Source: a virus (Duplodnaviria; Caudoviricetes). From it: a stretch of 63,523 bases of DNA. Location: positions 1-63,523 of the IMG/VR virus record IMGVR_UViG_3300046167_000749. The stretch is one strand, 5' to 3'. Both the position numbers and the translations under genes were made by a program. Numbering within the stretch: the first letter of the stretch is position 1; the number at the start of each line of letters is the position of its first letter. Positions 54,057 to 62,639 of this stretch are shown here, piece after piece. The notes beneath the pieces were generated by a model that worked only from the letters and a program-made list of their open reading frames with translations, ran no database searches and was not told the origin of the DNA.

Positions 54057-54285
54057 GTTTTCTCCTTTGTTTCTTTTGTCGATTGCGCATTAATTTAAGC
54101 ACGATGAGTGATTCCTCATTGGTCATACGATTGCGTAGGTGCGTTGGTATGTCCGTGATAGTTAGAACTCCTCGTAGGCTAGTCGGGCATTGATCTAATA
54201 GATCAACGACCTCGTAACCCAAAGAGATTATGTCTCCAATCTTCATTGGCTCACCGCCAGTGAATCCCGTCGTTGTGTTACTCAC
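54019..54285 (-). CDS. Hypothetical protein inserted in the PRTRC operon
   Basis: 88-aa ORF overlapping both neighbours. Confidence 0.55.
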   Translation of the reverse strand: MSNTTTGFTGGEPMKIGDIISLGYEVVDLLDQCPTSLRGVLTITDIPTHLRNRMTNEESLIVLKLMRNRQKKQRRKHELSRKNITLDG

Positions 54286-54866
54286 AGATCAATGCTACCT
54301 AGTCCTAACCCTAGTGGATCATCGCCGTCAGGTTTATCTTCTGCTGATTTCTCATTCAGCCTGTCGACAATCTTAGGTTGCTTGGTGACATTTGATACAT
54401 CAGGGGTGATTTCAGTATCAAGTCGATTAGCTTCCTCTGCGGGTGGCTTCTCATCCTTGCGTTCCTCGGCTTGCTTGGCACGAGCAGCTTCACGCTTCTC
54501 GGCTTCAAGTTGTGCTTTAGTCTTACGCTTCGGAGCAGGCTTCTTGCCTGTAGCTTTCGCCTTGAGTTCCTTGGTCAAAGCATCAGACTCGAGCTTCATC
54601 TGTTTGGCAATATTCACCATACTCGTTGTACCCTCAGACATGACATGTACATACAAGAGTATATCCTTAACAACTTTCTCGTTAGTAAGGTTATCCTTAT
54701 TGTATCTTTGCATGTATCGCTGTTCGAGCACACCCTTGGTTTTATCAGACACCTTGGTATCCGCATTGTACTCAGGGAATACATAAACCCATATGTCATC
54801 ACCATCTAGCTCTAGGTCTAGCTTGAGTTTGTGTGTAGCAAGTAGTGGAATCAGTTGTTCAATCAT
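54282..54866 (-). CDS. PRTRC system protein E-like
   Basis: MIEQLIPLL...LKLDL..DGDDIWVYVFP head followed by an A/K/P-rich low-complexity tail; upstream of C. Confidence 0.65.
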   Translation of the reverse strand: MIEQLIPLLATHKLKLDLELDGDDIWVYVFPEYNADTKVSDKTKGVLEQRYMQRYNKDNLTNEKVVKDILLYVHVMSEGTTSMVNIAKQMKLESDALTKELKAKATGKKPAPKRKTKAQLEAEKREAARAKQAEERKDEKPPAEEANRLDTEITPDVSNVTKQPKIVDRLNEKSAEDKPDGDDPLGLGLGSIDL

Positions 54867-55578
54867 TTTTAATTTCTTTTAGTTTCTTATCAATAGTGTC
54901 GTTGACTGCCTTACCCATATTACTGAGTGCAGTGTGCATACCCTTGAGTGCCATAGTTAGCTTCTCGATCTTAGCCTCAGCATTGCTTTTGAACTCGATA
55001 AGCTCGTCGATCTTTTCCTGCAGATCGTTATCGGTAGCAGGACCGACAACGGATCGGGCAATATCCTCGATCGCCTCACGCATCTTAACTATTGGATGAA
55101 CTTCATCCGTGGCAGGCTTAGGCTTAGTGAGAGGCTTGCGAGGCTTGCTCTCTTTCTTGACGATTGCAACACCTTCGGGGTCAGGCTTAGGGGTAGGGGC
55201 AGGTGGTATATTTGGCGTTGGGTCTTGCTCTATGCGAGAAGGCTCAGATGGAGCTGACTCGGCAGGAACTTGATCGAACTCACCATCTTGCAATCGCTTT
55301 ATCCATGCCTCGTATTGCGAGCTTTTGAGATCAAGAAAGAACTTCTTGCGCTCGTCGGGGTCACGAGGTGGATCACCTTTCCATAGTGGATTGGAAGAAC
55401 CATCTGCAAGTGTAGACTTGTTGTATTGTTCGCCTGTCTCATCGCCAACATAGAATGCAATATGAAGGAGCGAAGGGCTCAGTGCTTTGAGTGCTTGATC
55501 TGTGAATCGTGCTTGTACTCCTTGTCCGAACTTAGTGTTACGATCGGTGAGTACTTCCTGTAGTTTTATTTCGTTCAT
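54859..55578 (-). CDS. Hypothetical protein (P-rich linker, C-terminal coiled coil)
   Basis: 239-aa coupled ORF. Confidence 0.65.
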   Translation of the reverse strand: MNEIKLQEVLTDRNTKFGQGVQARFTDQALKALSPSLLHIAFYVGDETGEQYNKSTLADGSSNPLWKGDPPRDPDERKKFFLDLKSSQYEAWIKRLQDGEFDQVPAESAPSEPSRIEQDPTPNIPPAPTPKPDPEGVAIVKKESKPRKPLTKPKPATDEVHPIVKMREAIEDIARSVVGPATDNDLQEKIDELIEFKSNAEAKIEKLTMALKGMHTALSNMGKAVNDTIDKKLKEIKND

Positions 55579-55871
55579 TATTTAGTATAGAATTTTATTA
55601 ATGGTTTAAGTTTTCCTTTGTGTACTTTGTATGCTTGCACCAATCTTTTCCTTTCGACTATTGCCTCCGCGCCAGGTCCTGGATTATCGTGTTCAATGCG
55701 TTGCCTTACATATTCGTCATGGTTTAATTCATCGTTTGATTTTGGTTGGATTGGTATGTTATCTTTTGATCCTCTCATAGAGTCCTTTATCATGTGCTCG
55801 AAGTAAGTGTAATCATCGCTCATCCTCAATAAACTCCTTGAGCTCGGATTTTTTAAATTTAGTAAGTACAT
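55578..55871 (-). CDS. Hypothetical protein
   Basis: ORF coupled to 54859-55578; the start may be the internal Met near 55823. Confidence 0.5.
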   Translation of the reverse strand: MYLLNLKNPSSRSLLRMSDDYTYFEHMIKDSMRGSKDNIPIQPKSNDELNHDEYVRQRIEHDNPGPGAEAIVERKRLVQAYKVHKGKLKPLIKFYTK

Positions 55872-56049
55872 CCTTCATGTATTCCCTATACTCTTCGATT
55901 GAGCCTCGATCGTGGTTAGAGTAACCAAACGATGGGCCACCATCAGTCATACAATCCACGGCTCCATTTTCCTCCCATAAGTTGTAATTAGATAGAGTCC
56001 AATCCTTACGGATTTCTATTAGCTTTTTGATTAATTTACTTTTCTTCAT
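55813..56049 (-). CDS. Hypothetical protein
   Basis: 78-aa ORF. Confidence 0.55.
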   Translation of the reverse strand: MKKSKLIKKLIEIRKDWTLSNYNLWEENGAVDCMTDGGPSFGYSNHDRGSIEEYREYMKDVLTKFKKSELKEFIEDER

Positions 56050-56179
56050 GACACTCCTCTTTTTCCTCTAGTTCGTCTAACATTTCTTGTTCTCGCTTAG
56101 CTTTCGCTAAGGTCATTGAGCATTGCTCCTCTTCCTCAATGATGTCCGGTTCTTGAAACCAATATTTATTGTCTAACAT
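56036..56179 (-). CDS. Small acidic ORF (47 aa; not in ORF track)
   Basis: MLDNKYWFQEPDIIEEEEQCS...EEK fills the gap between neighbours. Confidence 0.4.
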   Translation of the reverse strand: MLDNKYWFQEPDIIEEEEQCSMTLAKAKREQEMLDELEEKEECHEEK

Positions 56180-56180
56180 A

Positions 56181-56870
56181 TTAATTAAATCTATATTTGG
56201 TTTGTATGTGCATGTTCATTGATTGCTTGGTGGTTAGTTCGTACTCAACTGATGTATCCTGAATAACTAAGCCCTCCCACAGGTAGTCGTAGGTTCGATC
56301 CTCAAGGAGATACTGCTCGTACCTTCTCTTCATCTGCCCGTAGTTAATCTTAGCCACCATGGTATTTGCATAGAATGGGAACTTGAATACTTTCCTTGGT
56401 GATTGAGGGGCAGGGCAGTATGTGCTCTCAAAGCTTTCTCTCCATTCGGAGCATATATTTTCAGTCCACTTATGTGATGCGCGAGGAAGATGCTCTATGA
56501 TATTTCGGCGCTCGTGATAGTTTCTTCGACCTCCAGTAATTACATCAATAACAACAGCACAGCCCTTGTTCTTGCCGTGGGATATATATTCAAGATCCCA
56601 CCATTGTACTTGGCTTGCTCTTGCATATGCAGTGCGATCGCTAGGGAAGTTTAGTGTTTGGTGTAAGTTAAGTGCATCTTCGGCCTCAATCTTGGTATAC
56701 TTTTGCATCTTCCTATTATAACACACACCTTCGTGTGACATAAGTACCCTGTCTCCATTGAGCTTGGGTGTGGCTACCTCGTTGGGTAGAAGTTTGAATG
56801 AGTCAGGCAACTCACCACCACCAGTTGGTCGTGACGGGAAACCTATTGGCATTGTTGTAGTAGTAATCAT
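56181..56870 (-). CDS. ATP-dependent ligase-like nucleotidyltransferase domain (no OB fold)
   Basis: PKLNGDR (motif I), NR (Ia), DLEY (III), VIDV (IIIa), EGLVI (IV), terminal KYR (V). Confidence 0.65.
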   Translation of the reverse strand: MITTTTMPIGFPSRPTGGGELPDSFKLLPNEVATPKLNGDRVLMSHEGVCYNRKMQKYTKIEAEDALNLHQTLNFPSDRTAYARASQVQWWDLEYISHGKNKGCAVVIDVITGGRRNYHERRNIIEHLPRASHKWTENICSEWRESFESTYCPAPQSPRKVFKFPFYANTMVAKINYGQMKRRYEQYLLEDRTYDYLWEGLVIQDTSVEYELTTKQSMNMHIQTKYRFN

Positions 56871-56871
56871 A

Positions 56872-57186
56872 TTAATCCTCCATTTCTTTTAGTTGTCTTA
56901 TTAGTGTTAGTGCTTCTCGCAATTGGTGTGGGTTTGGCAGTATGTCCCACGATAAGTTAGCTAAAGCTAATTCAAGTATTAACTCAGTTCTGCTTATCTG
57001 CCACCCACGCTTAGAGTCGATGAGCTTGCATGTGTTTCTTATTTTATCTGCACATACTTTAAGGATAGGGTGCGTATCATTCTCAGCCCTCCTCCATGTG
57101 GCTATACTTACGGATGCTTTTTCCGATGCATTGATCTGTGAAAGGTCATGCCTCTCGCGAAATGCTTTTAGGTCTACCCCTCGCAT
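56872..57186 (-). CDS. XRE-family HTH transcriptional regulator
   Basis: LKAFRERHDLSQINASEKASVSIATWRRAEND. Confidence 0.85.
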   Translation of the reverse strand: MRGVDLKAFRERHDLSQINASEKASVSIATWRRAENDTHPILKVCADKIRNTCKLIDSKRGWQISRTELILELALANLSWDILPNPHQLREALTLIRQLKEMED

Positions 57187-57797
57187 TATCTACCAAATGA
57201 ACAGGTTACTGGAACTAGTTTATTGAGGGCAATATCTTGATCCTCGGTTAGTGTGGTGCGTCCTTCATGGAAACTAGATTGTACTCTATTCTTTACGTCT
57301 ACCTCCACTACATCTACACCAAGCATGGTGTTGACTGCGAGTATATGCTCCGCGATTGCATCTTGCTTGTCCGTGGGAACAAGAGAGAAATCAACCTTAG
57401 CAGATATATTGCGTGTAATATGGGCATCAACAAACTGATCGCCTGTAATTGCTTTTACCTTATCAAGGGTAGAGTCATCAAAGGTAGAATACCCATGCTC
57501 TCTTACATTTACAGTAGTAGTATGCTCAGTCCCTCCTACATTAGCAGTAAACTTGAACTGCTTTGGTCTGTCTGATGCACGATTACTCAGTAGTTTTGCA
57601 ACTACCTGCTGATATAATCTGCGTGCTTTGCCGAACATTGCTTCACCCTCTTTCTTCAGTGCTTTACCTTGGAAGTGGGATGCAACAAGTGCGTGGTTTG
57701 GGTCGGTGTCAGCAACTTCAATGATCTCAATCCGATCCCCGGATGAAGTTTCTGGTGCTTTGGTTTGTGCTTTCTTTGTTAGTGCGTCTAGGCTCAT
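57186..57797 (-). CDS. Hypothetical protein
   Basis: 203-aa coupled ORF. Confidence 0.65.
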   Translation of the reverse strand: MSLDALTKKAQTKAPETSSGDRIEIIEVADTDPNHALVASHFQGKALKKEGEAMFGKARRLYQQVVAKLLSNRASDRPKQFKFTANVGGTEHTTTVNVREHGYSTFDDSTLDKVKAITGDQFVDAHITRNISAKVDFSLVPTDKQDAIAEHILAVNTMLGVDVVEVDVKNRVQSSFHEGRTTLTEDQDIALNKLVPVTCSFGR

Positions 57798-57799
57798 AA

Positions 57800-58240
57800 T
57801 TAATTAAATAAGTATTGTTGTTTTGGGTGGTCGAGGTAGAGGTGTGGAACTGTGATCTTGAAAAGCTCACCATTGTCGATTGATTTACTCATCGAAGTGA
57901 CTTTATTTCTGTCAGCCCCAAATTTCTCAAGGACATCGAGTGCATTCTCTAAGTCATCCCCTGATGCTTGTATAAATATACAATTAGTTACAGACTCGCC
58001 TAGCTCCCACCCTCGTGAGATTACTCTGTGACCCTGTGCATCGAGATGTATTCCTTTGATCGGTTCCATACATGCCGTGATAGCTGGAAGTGCTCGCTTG
58101 GCATCCTCATCTGCTTCAAATAGGAGAGTAATATCTGCACAATATTCTCCCCAGAAGTGGTGTTTTAATATACCATCAGCTTTGTAAGTCTTTTTACTTA
58201 CGCCATGGCAGTTAATTGGTAGTACGATATGTTCGGTCAT
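57800..58240 (-). CDS. Hypothetical protein
   Basis: 146-aa ORF; C-terminal QQYLF resembles a beta-clamp-binding motif (weak). Confidence 0.6.
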   Translation of the reverse strand: MTEHIVLPINCHGVSKKTYKADGILKHHFWGEYCADITLLFEADEDAKRALPAITACMEPIKGIHLDAQGHRVISRGWELGESVTNCIFIQASGDDLENALDVLEKFGADRNKVTSMSKSIDNGELFKITVPHLYLDHPKQQYLFN

Positions 58241-58459
58241 TTATATTTTTCTTCCTCCATTTGGTGCCTGCATTCGCAGAATTGATGAATTACCCTTGCG
58301 AGCTACCGATGCCTTTGCGTTAGCAAAAGCCTTTGGATCCGCAAAAATAGCCAATTCACCGCCATTCTTTTGGTTGTATACATTAAGTGCTTTGTACTTA
58401 GGTATATCGTTTTCATTTGTTATCTTGGGCGGGTTGGGTTCGTAGTCTTTAATATTCAT
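58241..58459 (-). CDS. Hypothetical protein
   Basis: 72-aa coupled ORF. Confidence 0.55.
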   Translation of the reverse strand: MNIKDYEPNPPKITNENDIPKYKALNVYNQKNGGELAIFADPKAFANAKASVARKGNSSILRMQAPNGGRKI

Positions 58460-58911
58460 TAATTAGTTATTGGGTCTCCTGGTTCGTAATGTTGATCCAT
58501 TTGCAGGTTTGGGTATATGGTGAATAGTTCAGGTAGGTTTATATATCCTAGCCACCTGCCATCTTCCATGTATCCATCAGCATCGGGCATTGATCCGAAG
58601 CATTGAATTTGCTCATCTGAGCAGTCTCGATTGAATATGTACCACCTTTGGTTCGATGGTAGATCGAAGTACTTTATATATGCTTTAGGTTTACCCTCGT
58701 GCTCATGGCTTTCCTCTCTTGCTATGGGCATAGACATTACTCGCTTCTCTACATCTTCAAGCCATTGCCTGTAGTGATCGCCTTCTTCTTTATCCCTAGT
58801 TAGTTCATAGACTAACCTCAATTGCATTGGGGGGAAGAAGTTAGCGTGTGAATAGGTGAATTTATTCTTTATATCTTCACCTTCAGTTTTACTTAATCCG
58901 TGTGTATACAT
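58459..58911 (-). CDS. DUF2958-like protein
   Basis: AYIKYF..SNQRWYIF..D...CFG...LGYINLPEL...MDQHYEP. Confidence 0.6.
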   Translation of the reverse strand: MYTHGLSKTEGEDIKNKFTYSHANFFPPMQLRLVYELTRDKEEGDHYRQWLEDVEKRVMSMPIAREESHEHEGKPKAYIKYFDLPSNQRWYIFNRDCSDEQIQCFGSMPDADGYMEDGRWLGYINLPELFTIYPNLQMDQHYEPGDPITN

Positions 58912-58912
58912 G

Positions 58913-59140
58913 TTAAACTACCTCTGCTATATGCTCACGAATCTGTCTATCCGACAGTCCATCAACATACTCTTTTGCTTCATCAATAGCAGATACAGGA
59001 CATTCAGCCTTTATATTGAGCTGCTTGAGTTTATCACCCAAGTTGAAACTTACCACATGCATGACAAGTTTTTGTGTGTCTGATTCTGGCGTGTTGGTGT
59101 TGAGGGTTTTAGCCCTCCAATTAGTTGGTTGAATTTTCAT
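58913..59140 (-). CDS. Hypothetical protein
   Basis: 75-aa ORF. Confidence 0.55.
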   Translation of the reverse strand: MKIQPTNWRAKTLNTNTPESDTQKLVMHVVSFNLGDKLKQLNIKAECPVSAIDEAKEYVDGLSDRQIREHIAEVV

Positions 59141-59555
59141 TATTCTTGTTTGGGTTTAATGTTGGTACCTCTTTTCCTTCCCACTTGGCATAGAACTTAT
59201 CATGTGCCTTGCGAAATTCTTTATCAGCGTGGTCATTATTATATGACCAATCAGCCACTAGCTCATCCGCACCATTTCCGAGGATGATATATGCACCGAT
59301 CCGTAGGAGACGATGCGATGTCTCGTTTACTAGGTGTATGCTTGGCTCACCTGTATCGACAAGTTTGCTAAGGATTACCGTGCAGTCGTCAACAGCCATG
59401 ATATTATCTAAGGCTTTATCCACAGCAGTGATTTGGTTTTTAATAACAATAACCGGCTCACCCTCAATAGTAACGGAGCCAATTTTCCACCCGTGATCCT
59501 GCATAATTGACAGGAAGTCTTTGACTATAGGTTTATAATTTTTCATACTTATCAT
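59121..59555 (-). CDS. Hypothetical protein
   Basis: 144-aa ORF. Confidence 0.6.
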   Translation of the reverse strand: MISMKNYKPIVKDFLSIMQDHGWKIGSVTIEGEPVIVIKNQITAVDKALDNIMAVDDCTVILSKLVDTGEPSIHLVNETSHRLLRIGAYIILGNGADELVADWSYNNDHADKEFRKAHDKFYAKWEGKEVPTLNPNKNNENSTN

Positions 59556-59559
59556 TCCT

Positions 59560-59832
59560 TTATTTGTTGAACAAGCGACGAGCTAACTCGTCGACAGGTT
59601 CAGTGGTTATATATCGTGTCTTAGTTGTGTGTATTTCGGTGAACTCATCCACATCAGTACCCCTGAACTTCTCGTTTTCGTTTGTGACCTCTATTGACAC
59701 TATATGGTCAGGGTTTAACCAAACTGTTTTTGTCGACCATAATGGAGGTTCCGAAGACTTTGCCCAATTGCAAACACTTGTTTCTATACTAATCATGCGT
59801 CGTATACTCCCAATACTCCAGGATTTATCCAT
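59560..59832 (-). CDS. FlbD-like small beta protein
   Basis: VWLNPDHIVSIE...TEIHT...YITTEPVDEL pattern; start probably near 59793. Confidence 0.5.
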   Translation of the reverse strand: MDKSWSIGSIRRMISIETSVCNWAKSSEPPLWSTKTVWLNPDHIVSIEVTNENEKFRGTDVDEFTEIHTTKTRYITTEPVDELARRLFNK

Positions 59833-60107
59833 TCAGCAAAGAGCTTGTTTTCCTTGAGAATATTAGTGATTTCGGCACAGACTCCGAATAAGCCGATTGC
59901 TTGGTCGTGATAGTCAGCCCATGTTTTATCTCCAGTGTTATCTTCAGCAGAGATACGGAATGTATCCTCACCATGATCGCCACCTTCAATGACGGGTGCA
60001 CCGATTTTCTTCAGTGCATTGAATGCTTTTCTGTAATGTTTTTTCATAGATCTTCTTCTAGCTCCTCTATTCTTAGGTTTATATCTTTTGGGTGAATGTA
60101 TTCGCAT
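59793..60107 (-). CDS. Hypothetical protein (start likely near 60047)
   Basis: ...LFAEWINPGVLGVYDA. Confidence 0.55.
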   Translation of the reverse strand: MRIHSPKRYKPKNRGARRRSMKKHYRKAFNALKKIGAPVIEGGDHGEDTFRISAEDNTGDKTWADYHDQAIGLFGVCAEITNILKENKLFAEWINPGVLGVYDA

Positions 60108-60283
60108 GAACTCGTTTTATAGAATCCATCGGGAAACTCCTCATTGGCGCTTCCCTTGAATGATGCACGGAATCTTTCGATCCATGCCTCAGCAGATTTC
60201 CTGCTCTTGAATATGTCAGGACTCGCGGGGAATCCATCCGTGTCATTATGAACAATGAACTCTCCACTAAGCTTTACTTTCAT
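60044..60283 (-). CDS. Hypothetical protein
   Basis: 79-aa ORF. Confidence 0.55.
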   Translation of the reverse strand: MKVKLSGEFIVHNDTDGFPASPDIFKSRKSAEAWIERFRASFKGSANEEFPDGFYKTSSCEYIHPKDINLRIEELEEDL

Positions 60284-60286
60284 ACT

Positions 60287-60478
60287 TTACCTTTGTGTTT
60301 GAGTTTCCGTGGAAGAATCTTGTTCTTCCGTTTGTGTGGACGGGCTTTTGAAAAGCATATTTTGAGTCTTATATATTTCATATAGGTCGAGGATCATTGC
60401 GATTGCGACAACCGCCACCATTGAGGCGACGGTTGTCATAAGAAGTATGATTATTAATTCAATCATGTTACTTGTCAC
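60287..60478 (-). CDS. Small single-TM membrane protein
   Basis: IELIIILLMTTVASMVAVVAIAMIL hydrophobic helix. Confidence 0.5.
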   Translation of the reverse strand: MTSNMIELIIILLMTTVASMVAVVAIAMILDLYEIYKTQNMLFKSPSTQTEEQDSSTETQTQR

Positions 60479-60561
60479 GTATATTTATGTGTTACAGAGA
60501 TGCGCGAAAGCCACCGAGAACCAGAGCTTTGTCTAGTTCCACACCCACAGAGTTAAAGTTG

Positions 60562-60858
60562 CTACGCTTGGGGACATGGGACTGTTTCCATTGGCGAGTT
60601 TGCTTCTCTCGCTTTCTGTACCAATTTACGCAGACATTCTTGAATGCCCGTGATTTGGAGTTCAGATGACCTGCTTGCAGGAACAAACTTGCGTACTTGT
60701 CGGTCTAGCCATGTGGAAATCTCAATATCTCCGTTTGGTTTAAAGCTGAATGCTTTTTCCAATTCAAGTGCTTGTGGTGCATCCGTTGGGAATGCTTGAT
60801 TCTGTCCATTATATTCTTTCATATATTTATGTGGTTGTATGGTTATAGTATCCTCCAC
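60562..60858 (-). CDS. Hypothetical protein
   Basis: 98-aa ORF. Confidence 0.5.
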   Translation of the reverse strand: MEDTITIQPHKYMKEYNGQNQAFPTDAPQALELEKAFSFKPNGDIEISTWLDRQVRKFVPASRSSELQITGIQECLRKLVQKAREANSPMETVPCPQA

Positions 60859-61014
60859 GAGATACCCATAGGTATCCCACAGAGGAGAGTAAAGTCTCCT
60901 GCCTTTTTTGTCATGAGGGCAGGGGGAAACTCATGGCTTTGCTAACTACATAGTGTTCATGATGACATGAATCCTTTCTATATTGCCCTTAAGGCTCCAG
61001 CTTGCGCGGGTTGG

Positions 61015-61263
61015 TTAGTAAGTGAGTAGTCCGGGGCGCGTGATAGCAGGAGTTATAGCATCCTCGAACAGGTGTTGCTCATCCACGATTGAGAGACGGT
61101 CTTCGTCGATGAACGATCCGCGGGAGCAATCCTTATCTACCCACATATTAGTCTCTTCACACCATACAGTAGGCTTAGAGAACTCCTCTACTATATCAGC
61201 CTGTTCTTCTTCAGTTAATTTAGAGCCATCTAAGTGCTCTAAGTCTTTTACATATATTTTCAT
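61015..61263 (-). CDS. Hypothetical acidic protein
   Basis: 82-aa ORF with an AT-rich leader. Confidence 0.55.
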   Translation of the reverse strand: MKIYVKDLEHLDGSKLTEEEQADIVEEFSKPTVWCEETNMWVDKDCSRGSFIDEDRLSIVDEQHLFEDAITPAITRPGLLTY

Positions 61264-61289
61264 AGTATTATTGTGTTAATGTAGTTAAT

Positions 61290-61600
61290 AGAAAGTGTAC
61301 CACCCAGGCGTCCCTGTTTTTCATAGAACATAGCGGCTCGCATCCCTAAAACCGGGCTAAAGCACACAAGTGGAGCGCCAAGAGCTACTTGGTCGTAAAG
61401 GCTCCACTTGCATACCCTCTACAAACGGATAATCTACAGGTGGTGAAAAAGTGTTGATGACCATTGCCTCATCAAGCATGGATTTAGATGTTGTGCCATT
61501 TAGGTCCCGTGAGGGAGTCATCTAGTGATTCCTTCTATATATCGCATATAGGATTCAGCTAGACTAGGTTATGAGGTGCTAGTCGCCACCTTTTCCTCGT
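61290..61600. ncRNA. Candidate structured RNA (multi-hairpin intergenic region)
   Basis: CAAGTGGAGC/GCTCCACTTG stem (61367-61410) with an inner stem; TTGATGA/TCATCAA; TCCC-GTGA-GGGA; CTAG..TATAT/ATATA..CTAG. Confidence 0.35.
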
Positions 61601-61661
61601 TGTTATGATTTAGTGGAGGATATGTATTTATGCTTTTGTTCGTGGGGGTCGTGATAGCAGA

Positions 61662-62069
61662 TTACTTGGTGCGTGCGATGAACACGCGACCTTCTGCTGA
61701 TAATGTACCACCATGTATATCCATAAGGATATTAGCTGCTTGCTCGAAGTCGCGCTTCATGTCGCCCTTCTGGTCGTTCCAGAATCGTAGCTTAGCACTA
61801 CGCCTTGCATCCATATCTTTACTAAATGCATAGGCATCTAATGCCATAGCTAACTTAGGGGCCACTGCCCCAATTCTATTAATATCTTCATTCCATAGCA
61901 TAAGGGTCAATCCCTTAAAGCTAACCTCACGACCTGTGCGATATGTGCGACCAAGTCGCTTACGCTTAGGGTGAAACTTCGCACGATGTGTACGACCAAG
62001 TGCTTTTTGTTTTTGTCGATCGCTTGCTTGTGATTTTCCGTCACGAATAGATTGAGTAATAAAGTGCAT
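61662..62069 (-). CDS. Hypothetical basic protein
   Basis: 135-aa ORF with an R/K-rich N-terminus. Confidence 0.6.
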   Translation of the reverse strand: MHFITQSIRDGKSQASDRQKQKALGRTHRAKFHPKRKRLGRTYRTGREVSFKGLTLMLWNEDINRIGAVAPKLAMALDAYAFSKDMDARRSAKLRFWNDQKGDMKRDFEQAANILMDIHGGTLSAEGRVFIARTK

Positions 62070-62092
62070 GATATAATAAAGTTATGGTGAAT

Positions 62093-62127
62093 AAAAAAGG
62101 GTGTGAGGAATTAACCCCACACCCTTT
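62093..62127 (-). terminator. Rho-independent terminator
   Basis: Minus strand AAAGGGTGTGGGG-TTAATT-CCTCACACCCTTT, continuing into a T-tract; GU pair on the minus strand. Confidence 0.8.
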
Positions 62128-62146
62128 GGAGTGAATAACGAATTGA

Positions 62147-62614
62147 CTACCAAGAAACAGAGCGAGTAACTTCGCCTGTCTTTTTACTAGGTAATGATTG
62201 CTTGAAGCTCTTCAGCTCAGCCTCATCGATTTGAGCCGTGAGGTTAGCCTTGAACTCATCTGAGTTAATCTCAGTAACATGAGCGAGCTGAGCGATTTTC
62301 TTTAGCTCCTTTTGATCATCCGATAGACGAAAGCCACCTGCCTTATTGAGATTGCTTGACTCCTCACATTGTACACCTGTGATCACGCTATTCTGTATAG
62401 CTGTGAAGGTATCTTGATCCTTGAGGATCGGTAGAGAAGCAACTGCTAATTTCTGTAAGCGATTAGCTTCAGTACGATTAGCATCAGCCTCAGCGAAATA
62501 ATCCCTCGCTACAGGAGCAGGAGCAGGAGCTACAGCAGGAGCTGTAAACGTAGCTAAAGCTTTAGCGATTTCTTGTGCGATGATTGCTTGGATGTTGTTA
62601 TTTTCAATTGTCAT
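62147..62614 (-). CDS. Hypothetical protein, first gene of the early arm, monocistronic
   Basis: 155 aa with an AP-rich linker, followed by its own terminator. Confidence 0.7.
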   Translation of the reverse strand: MTIENNNIQAIIAQEIAKALATFTAPAVAPAPAPVARDYFAEADANRTEANRLQKLAVASLPILKDQDTFTAIQNSVITGVQCEESSNLNKAGGFRLSDDQKELKKIAQLAHVTEINSDEFKANLTAQIDEAELKSFKQSLPSKKTGEVTRSVSW

Positions 62615-62639
62615 AATATATTTATTTTATGTGGTTATA

